Shown: positions 52,868 to 61,930 of the stretch, in pieces | Layout of the letters: every line of letters starts with the position of its first letter | Numbering within the stretch: position 1 is the stretch's first letter | Virus record (IMG/VR): IMGVR_UViG_3300033463_000089 | Location: 1 to 64,000 of that record | Source of the DNA: a virus | Strand: one strand, 5' to 3' | DNA length: 64,000 nucleotides | Program-made: the position numbers and the translations under genes | The notes under the pieces: model-generated | What the model was told of the DNA's origin: nothing | Seen by the model: the letters and a program-made list of their open reading frames with translations, nothing else | The model's database searches: none

Positions 52868-53554
52868 TCACAATATCCTTAGTACTCCTACACATCTGTA
52901 AAATGCGTGAATCATGTCGCGCTCAATGAGAAAATCGGGGAACTCTTCTTTGTTATAAGATACACATCTGACGTACTCCTTGCCTTTCTCTTCGTGCGGA
53001 TAGATTCGTTTGAACTTCGGGCCATCGTCAGTATCAAGTAGAAAATCGTTGCCCCACTCTGGGAAGTTAGCCTTTTTGAAGAATATCTCATCACCCCTAT
53101 CGTACTTAGGCGACATTCTGTTGTTTTTTAGAATCAGCGAGAAATCATAGTCAGAGAATTGTGTGATGATTGGCTTTTCCATACATAACTTTCGCTTCAT
53201 GCCCTCGCCATAGTACTGTTCGATATGCCCCTCGGACATGAACTTGGGCAGACGTGGGCGTGTAGGCAGTTTATCCATGTGCTTCTGCAGTTCTGTCACG
53301 TCTGCCAGTTCCTGCTCTTGTCTGAACATTTCTCCCGTTCCGAACAAAAGCCATTCCTTTCTGACATCAGGGTAAACGGCAAGCAGCTTTGGGATAAATG
53401 TCTGTGTCGGGATCTTCCTATTGCCGGTCGTTATCTTAGTTAAAGAGGAATAGTCGAAATCTATCTTCTCTGCAAACTCTCTTTGGCTCAAACCTAATGT
53501 TTCAAGCAACATTCTTAGCCTTACTCTTCTCTCTTTGTCTTGATTCTCTTCCAT
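52868..53554 (-). CDS. CI-like repressor (XRE HTH + S24/LexA-like C-terminal domain, catalytic Ser apparently replaced)
   Basis: Track ORF trimmed to MEENQDKERR (ATG 53552-53554). HTH LGLSQREFAEKIDFDYSSLTKI. The C-terminal NNRMSPKYDRGDEIFF aligns with GDSMxPxxxxGDxxxV with Arg at the Ser position. FKRIY supplies the Lys. Confidence 0.7.
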   Translation of the reverse strand: MEENQDKERRVRLRMLLETLGLSQREFAEKIDFDYSSLTKITTGNRKIPTQTFIPKLLAVYPDVRKEWLLFGTGEMFRQEQELADVTELQKHMDKLPTRPRLPKFMSEGHIEQYYGEGMKRKLCMEKPIITQFSDYDFSLILKNNRMSPKYDRGDEIFFKKANFPEWGNDFLLDTDDGPKFKRIYPHEEKGKEYVRCVSYNKEEFPDFLIERDMIHAFYRCVGVLRIL

Positions 53555-53580
53555 AGTTGGCAATCCTTTCCTTAAATTCT

Positions 53581-53627
53581 GCAAAGTTTTCACAATGTAC
53601 GCTAAAATATTTGGCAAAGTTTTCACA
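53581..53627. promoter_or_regulatory. Two exact 14-bp direct repeats GCAAAGTTTTCACA (operator candidates)
   Basis: 53581-53594 and 53614-53627, 33 bp centre to centre, between the repressor start and the divergent promoter. Confidence 0.5.
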
Positions 53628-53643
53628 TTTGGAAAATAATGCC

Positions 53644-53651
53644 TATCTTTG
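53644..53651 (+). promoter_or_regulatory. Bacteroidota-type -7 box TATCTTTG (lytic-side promoter)
   Basis: GCCTATCTTTGCCCC. Points toward the antirepressor operon (ATG 53811). Confidence 0.5.
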
Positions 53652-53734
53652 CCCCGTCAATCAATTAGTTTTGAAATGACAAAGGCTTCGGCTGGTGCGA
53701 GGGTTAAAAACCTCTCCAAACCGCTTGAACACCG

Positions 53735-53742
53735 CAAAGATA
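53735..53742 (-). promoter_or_regulatory. Bacteroidota-type -7 box TATCTTTG on the minus strand (repressor-side promoter)
   Basis: The reverse complement of CAAAGATA. It faces the plus-strand promoter 84 bp away, a face-to-face arrangement. Confidence 0.45.
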
Positions 53743-53810
53743 GGGAATTATCCTCAACCATCCAAGCCTTAACCATGATTATTTAATTTAATTAATAAAT
53801 TTTAGTGTGT

Positions 53811-54035
53811 ATGAATGTATCAACAGACGCAATCAGAGCCATCAAGCCGGGCACAATCGAGCCTTTTCATTGTGACGGAGATAAGATGTTTTCCGTTGCC
53901 ACAACGCTCTCCTGTTTGAAGCGCAAAGGTCTTCCGGAGGGTGTCGTGGACTACGAACATCAGAAGTTTTTCGACAAGAATATCATCATCATCCATGCCC
54001 TTGGAGAGAATGATTCCTATGTATTAAACCAGTAA
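53811..54035 (+). CDS. Hypothetical small protein
   Basis: The track ORF starts at GTG 53805. The first ATG is at 53811 (MNVSTDAIRAIKPG...). Confidence 0.5.
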   Translation: MNVSTDAIRAIKPGTIEPFHCDGDKMFSVATTLSCLKRKGLPEGVVDYEHQKFFDKNIIIIHALGENDSYVLNQ

Positions 54036-54051
54036 CTAAAACCATAAAGGT

Positions 54052-54843
54052 ATGAAGACAGAAATGATTAAGTTTGGCGAAAGCCAAAAGATGAGCAGCT
54101 TGGAAATTGCAAAGCTGACGGGTAAGCCACACAATGACGTGATGAAGGCCATTCGCAAGATGGAGCCTGCTTGGGAGAAAGTGCATGAGGGAAAATTTTC
54201 CCTAATGTTCCGAGAGACTGAAATCGGTAACGGGGCAACAAGGAAAGACCCTTACTACGAATTAACCAAGACCGAGTGCCTTTACGTTGCCACCAAGTTC
54301 AACGATGAAGCAAGAGCAAAACTTGTTCTTCGTTGGGAGGAACTGGAAACAAAGCAGCACACTTCCATGACGGCACTACCAGACTTTACGAATCCGGCAG
54401 AAGCCGCCCGTGCCTGGGCAGAGCAGTTTGAGCAGAAGCAGATTGAAGCAAAGCGTGCTGATGAAGCAGAAGCGCAGGTATTGTCTCTTACGCAGGAGAT
54501 AGCCACCATGCAGCCAAAGGTCAGCTATTACGACAATATCCTTGCCAACAAGTCTACGGTACTCACTACGCAGATTGCGCAGGACTACGGAATGTCGGCC
54601 AAGGCTCTTAACAAAACCCTTAACGAGTTAGGTATTCAGCGCAAGGTAAACGACCAATGGATTCTGTACGCCCCGTATATCGGTATGGGTTATGTTCAAT
54701 CTAAGCAAGTCACGATTACCCATAGCAACGGCTTCCAGTCTGTTAAGCTAAATACCGAATGGACGCAGAAAGGCCGTCTCTTCCTCTACGAAGAACTGAA
54801 AAAGCACAATATACTTCCACTTATTGAAACTAACAATAAGTAA
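54052..54843 (+). CDS. Antirepressor (Rha-like N-terminal + KilAC/ANT-like C-terminal domain)
   Basis: 263 aa. N-terminal [23 protein letters not shown]...[31 protein letters not shown] (Rha pattern). C-terminal [36 protein letters not shown] (KilAC pattern). Confidence 0.8.
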   Translation: MKTEMIKFGESQKMSSLEIAKLTGKPHNDVMKAIRKMEPAWEKVHEGKFSLMFRETEIGNGATRKDPYYELTKTECLYVATKFNDEARAKLVLRWEELETKQHTSMTALPDFTNPAEAARAWAEQFEQKQIEAKRADEAEAQVLSLTQEIATMQPKVSYYDNILANKSTVLTTQIAQDYGMSAKALNKTLNELGIQRKVNDQWILYAPYIGMGYVQSKQVTITHSNGFQSVKLNTEWTQKGRLFLYEELKKHNILPLIETNNK

Positions 54844-54844
54844 T

Positions 54845-55084
54845 ATGAAAATAAAAGGTTACGAAGCAAAGAGAGTGAGCCTTGTCGTTGAAGTGTTCGA
54901 TAATGGAATCACGACAAAGTGGAGGGATCTGTCCGGCGGTGTTGACCCGTCAAGTTCTGTCGCCGTAGAAGGTGGAGAATCGCAAGCCATAGGCGATGAG
55001 ATATGGAGTGACATTAAAGCCTTCATGAGCAACTGCGATGCGAAGAAGGTAAAGGCGGTAATCACTTATACTAAGGAGGGGTGA
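54845..55084 (+). CDS. Hypothetical small protein
   Basis: Trimmed to MKIKGYEAKRVSL (ATG 54845), 2 nt after the antirepressor stop. Confidence 0.5.
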   Translation: MKIKGYEAKRVSLVVEVFDNGITTKWRDLSGGVDPSSSVAVEGGESQAIGDEIWSDIKAFMSNCDAKKVKAVITYTKEG

Positions 55085-55086
55085 GT

Positions 55087-55200
55087 ATGAAACAGAAATG
55101 GTACAATACTGACTGGTTCGTCTGCACGTCTGCGGCTCTTGGGTTTATTGCTATGGTTGTTGCCAATTACATCTATCACCATGGGCATTTGGTATGGTAA
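55087..55200 (+). CDS. Small membrane peptide (37 aa)
   Basis: MKQKWYNTDWFVCTSAALGFIAMVVANYIYHHGHLVW. Not in the track. Confidence 0.3.
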   Translation: MKQKWYNTDWFVCTSAALGFIAMVVANYIYHHGHLVW

Positions 55201-55364
55201 GGGACTACATATCCGTAGCAGAGGCGGCAGAGATACTTAGCCTGTCTATAAGCCGCGTGTATCACATCAAGAACAAACTGCCGCATATCAAGTGCGGTAA
55301 CAAGAAGCAGTCAAGGATTCTGTTTGTTCGGGATGAGTTGCTTGAAGCATATCAGAATATATAG
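55194..55364 (+). CDS. Excisionase/AlpA-like HTH protein (56 aa)
   Basis: MVRDYISVAEAAEILSLSISRVYHIKNKLPHIKCGNKKQSRILFVRDELLEAYQNI matches the excisionase-family HTH pattern (xxEAAxxLxxSxxxxY...G....F...L..). Confidence 0.5.
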   Translation: MVRDYISVAEAAEILSLSISRVYHIKNKLPHIKCGNKKQSRILFVRDELLEAYQNI

Positions 55365-55549
55365 TTATTTATTTGTTTTTATGTAATTCTTTCATTAATC
55401 CCTTGGCGAAGGGGCTGAACTCATTTCTATTTGTAGATGTTTTCATAGTGTTCTTTAATTATTTGTCGTGAGACAAAACCCGGTTAATAGATTGTTTTAA
55501 TAAGATTTTTCATTTCCCCTGCCAGCCGTGAGGTTCGCAGGTTTTACAA

Positions 55550-55661
55550 GGGAACTGGAAGGCAGAATAGTTATCCCGATGATGTATTATAGTTTTTATT
55601 GTCCCATTCTGCCGGCCATGCCCGTGAGGGTTAAAGAAAGGTTCGAATCCTTTCGTTCCCA
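55550..55661 (+). ncRNA. tRNA-like element (acceptor-like stem + canonical T-arm, no D-arm, 112 nt)
   Basis: T-arm AAAGG-TTCGAAT-CCTTT (55637-55653). 5' GGGAACT (55550-55556) pairs with CGTTCCC (55654-60; 6 bp plus 1 mismatch), then discriminator A. An 8-bp stem GGCAGAAT/ATTCTGCC (55561-68 with 55606-13) has an AT-rich 37-nt loop. Also a CCC-GTGA-GGG hairpin (55621-30). Confidence 0.3.
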
Positions 55662-55935
55662 CTACTTCTACACAAACGTCGGCGGTAATCTTTGGCGCGT
55701 CGTGGCCTGTTGTGGAGTTGTTCTTTGGCTTATTGGAACAAGAAGAGATAATAGGGGGTGTGGTATGCCCACATAGGAGGGATATAGATGTGTAACAATC
55801 CTTTAGAATTTGCCATAATGTCCGAGAGCAGGGTAACGCCTGCCGCCCCCAACCTTAATGCGGCTACCTATATATAATAAGGTACGTGTACCAAGCCACT
55901 AACGCAGAGGTAGGTAAACTAAAAACTTTTTGTCT

Positions 55936-56127
55936 ATGATAGTACTTCCAACAAAACAACGGCTCGTCAGACGGCGTGATAGCGTCTACGAAATGCTTTA
56001 CCATGCTCTTCAACATTGTGCCGTGGAATATGTTGAGGAGAAAATGAGACAGATACATATTATTAACGGCAAGCTAATAACGTACATGGAGCGTGAACGC
56101 GAACCTAAAGAAATCTTTAACGACTAA
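55936..56127 (+). CDS. Hypothetical small protein
   Basis: The track ORF starts at TTG 55930; the ATG is at 55936. Its stop overlaps the ninG-like start (TAATG at 56125-56129). Confidence 0.45.
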   Translation: MIVLPTKQRLVRRRDSVYEMLYHALQHCAVEYVEEKMRQIHIINGKLITYMEREREPKEIFND

Positions 56128-56660
56128 TGGTACTAAGAAGAAAAACTCCGCTTCGCTCTAAGAAACCGAAGAGCAAGTTTGAAATATCAGAGGTTAAGAC
56201 GAAGACAAAACCTTTAGAGGACAAACGCAAGCATATTGATGAACTCGACAAGGTTTTCCAGTTCTATGTCAGGTTGCGCGACTCTCGTAGCGATGGCCGT
56301 TGTCAATGTATAAGTTGTGGCAAGATCGTTCCATTTGATAAGATTCAAGCCGGACACTATCGCTCACGCAAGAATCTTAGCACCAGATGGAGCGAACTTA
56401 ATGTGAACGGCGAGTGTTTTTTGTGCAACTGCATGGAGGGCGACCATCTAATCAACTATCGCAAGAATCTGATAAAGAAGATAGGAGAAAGCAAGGTTAA
56501 CTGGCTTGACGCCTATTGTAACGAGACCTACAAATGGAGCGACTTTGAGTTAGTAATCATGATTAAGGAATACTGCAAGAAGTGTTCAGAACTCTCAAAG
56601 GAAAAAGGAATACCGATAAGTCAGACTGTTCAAAGAATAATAAAGAAATATAATAAGTAA
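56127..56660 (+). CDS. ninG: NinG/Rap-like recombination endonuclease
   Basis: 177 aa. CQCISCGK...QAGHYRSRKNLSTRW...NVNGECFLCN matches the lambda NinG family Cys/His pattern. Confidence 0.65.
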   Translation: MVLRRKTPLRSKKPKSKFEISEVKTKTKPLEDKRKHIDELDKVFQFYVRLRDSRSDGRCQCISCGKIVPFDKIQAGHYRSRKNLSTRWSELNVNGECFLCNCMEGDHLINYRKNLIKKIGESKVNWLDAYCNETYKWSDFELVIMIKEYCKKCSELSKEKGIPISQTVQRIIKKYNK

Positions 56661-56677
56661 TACCAAATCAAATAGTT

Positions 56678-56902
56678 ATGGATGCAAGAAAACACATTAC
56701 ACTACTCGACATCATGGTTGATGGTCGATTCTTATGCCAGCTTCGCTACACCAAGCGAGGACTGCCAAAGATGCAAGACGGAGAGATTGTAGAGGTGCAT
56801 AACCACAAAGACCTCGAAGCCTTTGTGCTGGAACAACGCCCTTCGTTAAAGGGTAAGAAGTTCTCCATTGAGGTTGCCAACCAACAAGTGTTTAACAGAT
56901 AA
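56678..56902 (+). CDS. Hypothetical small protein
   Basis: 74-aa ORF. Confidence 0.5.
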   Translation: MDARKHITLLDIMVDGRFLCQLRYTKRGLPKMQDGEIVEVHNHKDLEAFVLEQRPSLKGKKFSIEVANQQVFNR

Positions 56903-56913
56903 ATTTCAAAAGT

Positions 56914-57303
56914 ATGTTTGGATTCAGTTTAATTAAGACAGCCAAGTATGAGAAACTTCTCAACGAACTGGTTGCATTAGAGAAAAAGAACGTTGACTTG
57001 TATAACCTGCGCAACGGACTTGACAGGGATATTCTGGACTTGCGTAATCAGAACACCGCCATGCGTCTTGCCAATAACAAGCACATTAAAGACCTCGACC
57101 TTCTGCGCAAGGACTACAAGAAGCTGCAGAAGAAGATTATTGACTTCGGCAGAAGAAATGTTATGTTCGATGATTTCTTCTCGGTCGTAGATTCCAAGTC
57201 TACGTGTGAAGAGTGTTCATTAAAGCAGAAGAACTGTAAGAGGATTGCCTGTGGCAGCAAGGAGGTCTGCATTATTCCCAAGTACTTTCAATATAAAAAG
57301 TAA
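56914..57303 (+). CDS. Hypothetical coiled-coil protein
   Basis: 129-aa ORF. Heptad-like K/L/N-rich N-terminal half and a C-terminal CEECSLKQKNCKRIAC. Confidence 0.5.
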   Translation: MFGFSLIKTAKYEKLLNELVALEKKNVDLYNLRNGLDRDILDLRNQNTAMRLANNKHIKDLDLLRKDYKKLQKKIIDFGRRNVMFDDFFSVVDSKSTCEECSLKQKNCKRIACGSKEVCIIPKYFQYKK

Positions 57304-57307
57304 GGCT

Positions 57308-58183
57308 ATGAATCTGATAGACATCGCAATATTCAAACACTTCATACGGTCGCGCGACTTGCGCCACAACTTCATTAAGAAGTATAAGAAGAGCCGCACG
57401 ATGACGAAGAACCCGGAGAGTATAGAGGCTTATCTGAGTAATGTGGAGCCGGAGAGTGTCATTACCAAGGCCATAACCCTGTTTCATCCTAATGAAACCT
57501 TTGGCTTCGACTTCTGGAACAACCTCGACAACAACTGGCAGAACTTCTACAAGCACATGAAGGCCGACCATGCAACAGACCAAGAGGTTAAGATACTCTC
57601 TTTGGCCGGAGTTTACCAAGTATTGTGCGAGAATTGGGACACCGACAAGCCACATCTGTATGAGACCCGTGAGCAGACTATTAAGAGATTAGGACTTGCT
57701 TATATGCTGCATCCGATAAAGGAAGAAGAGCCTGTAAAGGTTGAAGAGCAGACAAAGGAAGAAGAAAAACCTTTGGTGGATTCCTCTAACGATTCAGATC
57801 CTCTGTCTGACTTTGATTTCTTCGACGATGTTGTTCCAAGGTCGCACAAGTTGAAGTCTAACGAGGTTTCACTGAACTACAAAGACTCCTACAAGATTAC
57901 ATTCAACACGCAGGAATCGGAGTGCATCAAGAAAAGCGGTCTCACTTTGGCAAGACTGGCAAAGAAGAATAACGACTTCTATCTTATCATCAACAACGAG
58001 AAGGGAAGTAACATATCCAACCTTGCAGGCAGGAAGTCAAAGCAGAACATCACCATCAACTCTAAAGACATCTGTGTGCGTCTGCGTGTTTTCCTCTCTA
58101 TCAAGGAAACATATTCTAAATTTACTATTGAGAAACTCCAATCTACAAGTGATTACATTATCTACAAACTCATTAAACAATGA
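57308..58183 (+). CDS. Hypothetical protein
   Basis: Trimmed to MNLIDIAIFKH (ATG 57308). ATGA overlap with the ATPase gene at 58180-58183. Confidence 0.55.
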   Translation: MNLIDIAIFKHFIRSRDLRHNFIKKYKKSRTMTKNPESIEAYLSNVEPESVITKAITLFHPNETFGFDFWNNLDNNWQNFYKHMKADHATDQEVKILSLAGVYQVLCENWDTDKPHLYETREQTIKRLGLAYMLHPIKEEEPVKVEEQTKEEEKPLVDSSNDSDPLSDFDFFDDVVPRSHKLKSNEVSLNYKDSYKITFNTQESECIKKSGLTLARLAKKNNDFYLIINNEKGSNISNLAGRKSKQNITINSKDICVRLRVFLSIKETYSKFTIEKLQSTSDYIIYKLIKQ

Positions 58184-60168
58184 ATATTAAAATTCAAGGC
58201 TTATCCCTTAACAACTTCAAATGTTTCAAGGGATTTAACATGTTTGATTTTGACGGCAAACAGATTATTACCGTCAAAGGGCGTAACGGCGCAGGAAAGA
58301 CCACTATTGCCGACGCTATCCTGTGGTGTCTTTTCGGTAAGAACTCGCAAGGCCAGTCTGACTTCGACCTAAAGACACACGGAGAAGACGGCAAGCCTAT
58401 TCCTCACCTCGACCACTCCGTAGAACTCTTATTATCTATTGATGGCAAAGAGGTTTCTCTGAAACGAACCATCAAAGAGACGTGGATAAAGAAGCGTGGT
58501 GCAGACGAGCAGGTGTTCAAGAACAACACCACCGAGTATATGGTTAATGGAGATGCCTACACAGCAGCCGACTATAAGAAGTATATCGCTTCCCTCATCA
58601 GCGAAGATGTGTTCCGGGCCATCACCAACCCAACCTACTTCCCGTCTCTCAAATGGCAGGAACAAAGAAAGTTCCTTGAACTCATTGCCGATGATGTAAA
58701 GCAGCCGGACGGCGAAGAGTTTGCCGACCTCTTGAAGCAACTGAATGATTCTGACGAGGACATCATTGCCCACCGCAAGCACCTCTCTTATCAGATTAAG
58801 GAGATAAAGAAGAAACTCGACCTCATCCCCACCCGTCTGGAAGAGCAGCACAAAGCCTTGCCGGAAAAGGTTGATTCCGACAATATCAATAGTGACTTGC
58901 TTGCCAAGAAGAATCAGATTGAAGAGATAGAGAAGAATATCCTATCTATCAAGACTGGCTCCGGTGCTGACGTGAAGCGTGATGAACTGCGCAAGGAGAT
59001 TGATTCTAAGCAGGCTATCTTGGTTGGTTTCAAGAAGCAAGCAATGGTTGAGCAGAGTACCTATGAAGCGGCCCACAACAAGAAAGTGTCCGACCTTGCC
59101 TTGAAGTTCAACAACGAACTGAACAATCAGAAGCTGATGGAGCAGACGATTGAAGCAGACAAGCGGCTGATCGAAAGGTGCAAAGAAGTGGACTACGAAG
59201 CCGAACTGCAGAAACTGCGCGACCAATGGCCCACGTCTAAGTTCGTCGTTGACCCCAATCTTTCCTATTGCCCCACCTGCGGCCAGCCTATACCGCAAGA
59301 GCAATACCAGGAGAAGGTCGAGGAAATGCGCAAGAACTTCAACCTGCAGCGCGAGGCTAAGATTAAGGAACTCAACGAAAAGGCTGCAAAGATTAAGCAG
59401 CAGCAGGCAGATGCAGGCGTAGAACTTCATAGTTTGGAAAGTAAACTGGCTGACGACACGAAGCAGCTTGAAAAAATCAAGGAAGCTATCAACAATATCT
59501 TCGCAGAGAAATCAAAAGCCGAGAAAGTGCCTGTGCCTACGCAAGAAGAGATTCTTTCCTCTAACGTGGAGTATGTTGACTTGTCTAAGCAGGTTCTTGA
59601 ACTCGAAGACAATCTCGCTAACATTACCGATTCAGACGAGGATAAAGACAGGCTGACGGAACTTGAAGGCAATTTGTTTACGCTCAAAGCGGAGGTTGAG
59701 AACCTGCAGCAGCAGCTTGCATCAGTTAAGCAGTATGAGAGAGGTATTTCCCTTATCGAAGCTATCCAAGCAGAAGAAAAAGGTCTTATCGCACAACTCT
59801 CTGAACTTGAACGTCTCGACGATATAGCACGCCGCTACCAAGAGCGTCAGAACGAGATACTTGAAGAGTGTATCAACAAACACTTTAACCTTGTCCGCTG
59901 GAAGATGTTTAGGACGGTCAACAATGGCGGCGACCCCTTCGACGAGCCTTTCTGCGAGTGTTATGTGGATGGTGTAGCCTACCACGACGGACTGAACCAA
60001 GCTGCACGGCTGAATGCCGGCCTCGACATAATCAACACTCTAAGTAAATACTACCAAGTATCTGCGCCTATCTGCCTTGATAACGCCGAGAGTACGATTA
60101 ATATCATCGAAACGCTCGGGCAGCAGATACGCTTCGTAGTTAGCGATTGTGACTTGCAGTTATGGTAG
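58180..60168 (+). CDS. Rad50/SbcC-like SMC-type ATPase with CxxC zinc hook
   Basis: 662 aa. Walker A GRNGAGKTT, a long central coiled coil containing CPTCGQP, and a C-terminal ICLDNAES (Walker B/D-loop-like). Confidence 0.7.
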   Translation: MNIKIQGLSLNNFKCFKGFNMFDFDGKQIITVKGRNGAGKTTIADAILWCLFGKNSQGQSDFDLKTHGEDGKPIPHLDHSVELLLSIDGKEVSLKRTIKETWIKKRGADEQVFKNNTTEYMVNGDAYTAADYKKYIASLISEDVFRAITNPTYFPSLKWQEQRKFLELIADDVKQPDGEEFADLLKQLNDSDEDIIAHRKHLSYQIKEIKKKLDLIPTRLEEQHKALPEKVDSDNINSDLLAKKNQIEEIEKNILSIKTGSGADVKRDELRKEIDSKQAILVGFKKQAMVEQSTYEAAHNKKVSDLALKFNNELNNQKLMEQTIEADKRLIERCKEVDYEAELQKLRDQWPTSKFVVDPNLSYCPTCGQPIPQEQYQEKVEEMRKNFNLQREAKIKELNEKAAKIKQQQADAGVELHSLESKLADDTKQLEKIKEAINNIFAEKSKAEKVPVPTQEEILSSNVEYVDLSKQVLELEDNLANITDSDEDKDRLTELEGNLFTLKAEVENLQQQLASVKQYERGISLIEAIQAEEKGLIAQLSELERLDDIARRYQERQNEILEECINKHFNLVRWKMFRTVNNGGDPFDEPFCECYVDGVAYHDGLNQAARLNAGLDIINTLSKYYQVSAPICLDNAESTINIIETLGQQIRFVVSDCDLQLW

Positions 60169-60305
60169 ATGTTAAGAGAGATAACAAGAGTGAGGATAAC
60201 TGGATAGTAACCAAGACGGATTCAGAAGGGTTTCATTGTCAGTTAAACCTTACTCTTGATGAAATGAACCAAATCGTAAATTATTGGATAAACAAAATTC
60301 TTTAA
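60162..60305 (+). CDS. Small hypothetical protein (47 aa)
   Basis: ATG 60162 overlaps the ATPase stop. MVDVKRDNKSEDNWIVTKTDSEGFHCQLNL... Not in the track. Confidence 0.3.
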   Translation: MVDVKRDNKSEDNWIVTKTDSEGFHCQLNLTLDEMNQIVNYWINKIL

Positions 60306-60307
60306 CT

Positions 60308-61201
60308 ATGGCAGAAAATCAAGCACAAACAACGGCTCTCGCACAGCCGACGAAAAAGCAGGAAGTGATTCTTGCTTTCAACAAAGTAGTGAACGGCGGT
60401 TATATCCAAAACCAGCTCACAAAAATCATGGGAAAGAACGCAGGCTCGTTCACGTCATCCATGATCGAATTATTCTCGCAGGATTCTGGACTGCAAGAGT
60501 GCAACCCGAAAGATGTTGTCATGGAAGCAATGAAGGCTGCATCACTTCACTTACCCCTCGCACGCCCTCTTGGGCGAGCCTATGTTTTACCATTCAAAAA
60601 CAAAGGTGTGGCAACCCCGACATTCGTAATAGGGTGGAAAGGATTAGTGGATTTAGCTGTCCGTACTGGTCAGTATGAGACTATCAACGCTATCTGTGTT
60701 TACAAGGGAGAAATCTCTGAACAGGACAGACTTTCCGGTTTTATCAAGCTCGACGGTGTCAGAGAGTCTAATGAGGTGGTAGGCTATCTTGGATATTTCA
60801 AGCTGACTACCGGCTTCGTGAAGATGGTTTACATGAGCGTCGAACAGATGGCACACTACGGAAAGACCTACGCCCCTACCTTGAAGTTCAACAAGATTAC
60901 AGAAGATGAACTTATCAAGAAAGCACAAGAACAAGCCGAACATGGCCCACAAGCCGGCGCAGTCGGTTGGTTCGGAGATTTCAACGCTATGGGTTTGAAG
61001 ACCGTAGTCCGTAAGGTTCTTTCCTGGGGCCCGATGTCGATTGAACTCCAAAATGCTATTGCCAATGATGGCGATTACGACATTCCTGCAGAGCAGAAGC
61101 GCGACGAAGACAACGCCCAGCCTCGCACGGTCATCAGCGTAAACGCTATCTCTACACCTGTTGAGCCGGAAGAAGAAAAGGAAGATAAACCAAACTTCTA
61201 A
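60308..61201 (+). CDS. recT: RecT-family single-strand annealing protein
   Basis: The track ORF starts at TTG 60284; the first ATG is at 60308. AMKAASLHLPLARPLGRAYVLPF...FVIGWKGLVDLAVRTGQY fits the RecT core. Confidence 0.8.
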   Translation: MAENQAQTTALAQPTKKQEVILAFNKVVNGGYIQNQLTKIMGKNAGSFTSSMIELFSQDSGLQECNPKDVVMEAMKAASLHLPLARPLGRAYVLPFKNKGVATPTFVIGWKGLVDLAVRTGQYETINAICVYKGEISEQDRLSGFIKLDGVRESNEVVGYLGYFKLTTGFVKMVYMSVEQMAHYGKTYAPTLKFNKITEDELIKKAQEQAEHGPQAGAVGWFGDFNAMGLKTVVRKVLSWGPMSIELQNAIANDGDYDIPAEQKRDEDNAQPRTVISVNAISTPVEPEEEKEDKPNF

Positions 61202-61204
61202 CCT

Positions 61205-61930
61205 ATGACTCGTCTGATTACTATCGGCAGTTCTTCTGCCGGAAACTCTTACGCTATTGATACTGGCTCCGAGATATTACTTCTCGAAGCTGGTATCAAA
61301 ATGGCAGAGGTGAAAAGGGCAATAGATTTCCGGCTTGCCGATGTCGTGGGTTGTGTGTGTTCCCATGTTCATGGAGACCATGCTAAGTACGCTACGGAGT
61401 ATGCAAAGTTTGGTGTCAAGGTCTACGGCCCGCAGGACATAGCAGACAAAAAACTATTTCCTTACGAAAAGTTTTCTGTCATGAAAGCAGGCAAGACGTA
61501 CCGCATCGGCTCGTTTGATGTCGTACCATTTGAAAACTTCCATGATGTTCCCTGCTATGGTTACATCGTCAGACACAAGGACTTCGGCACTTTACTCTTC
61601 TCGACGGACACCTATAAGATAGATGTTGCAGTCCGGGGTATCAACCATTTCTTGATTGAAGCCAACTATTCTGACGAAATCTTGAAGCAGAACGTCTGGA
61701 GTGGTAAGATAGACAAGGCACAGGCTGACCGCGTTATGCTTTCTCACATGAGTATTGAGTATTGTGTCAAGTATCTGCAGGATTGTGAAGCTAAGAAAGC
61801 ACATACCATCACGCTTTGCCACCTCTCTGAAAGGAACTCTAACCCTATGGCTTTCCATGAGGTTGTGGCAGGTACTTTCGGTGTGCCGGTATATGTCGCA
61901 AGGAAATGTAGTATAATAAATTTGGTGTAA
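61205..61930 (+). CDS. Metallo-beta-lactamase-fold hydrolase (nuclease partner candidate)
   Basis: 241 aa. HxHxDH motif CSHVHGDHAKY. Located directly after recT. Confidence 0.7.
   Translation: MTRLITIGSSSAGNSYAIDTGSEILLLEAGIKMAEVKRAIDFRLADVVGCVCSHVHGDHAKYATEYAKFGVKVYGPQDIADKKLFPYEKFSVMKAGKTYRIGSFDVVPFENFHDVPCYGYIVRHKDFGTLLFSTDTYKIDVAVRGINHFLIEANYSDEILKQNVWSGKIDKAQADRVMLSHMSIEYCVKYLQDCEAKKAHTITLCHLSERNSNPMAFHEVVAGTFGVPVYVARKCSIINLV

Noticed and set aside
55550-55661. Reading the tRNA-like module as a bona fide tRNA or as a tmRNA.
   Set aside because: At 112 nt it is too long for a tRNA, it has no D-arm, and position 8 is atypical. For a tmRNA it is far too short, it lacks a G3:U70 pair, and it has no plausible tag ORF. 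It was kept only as a 'tRNA-like element'.
55528-55776. 82-aa ORF in the structured region.
   Set aside because: It has a non-ATG start. It spans the tRNA-like T-arm and several hairpins, and its composition is odd (Cys/Trp/Arg-rich).
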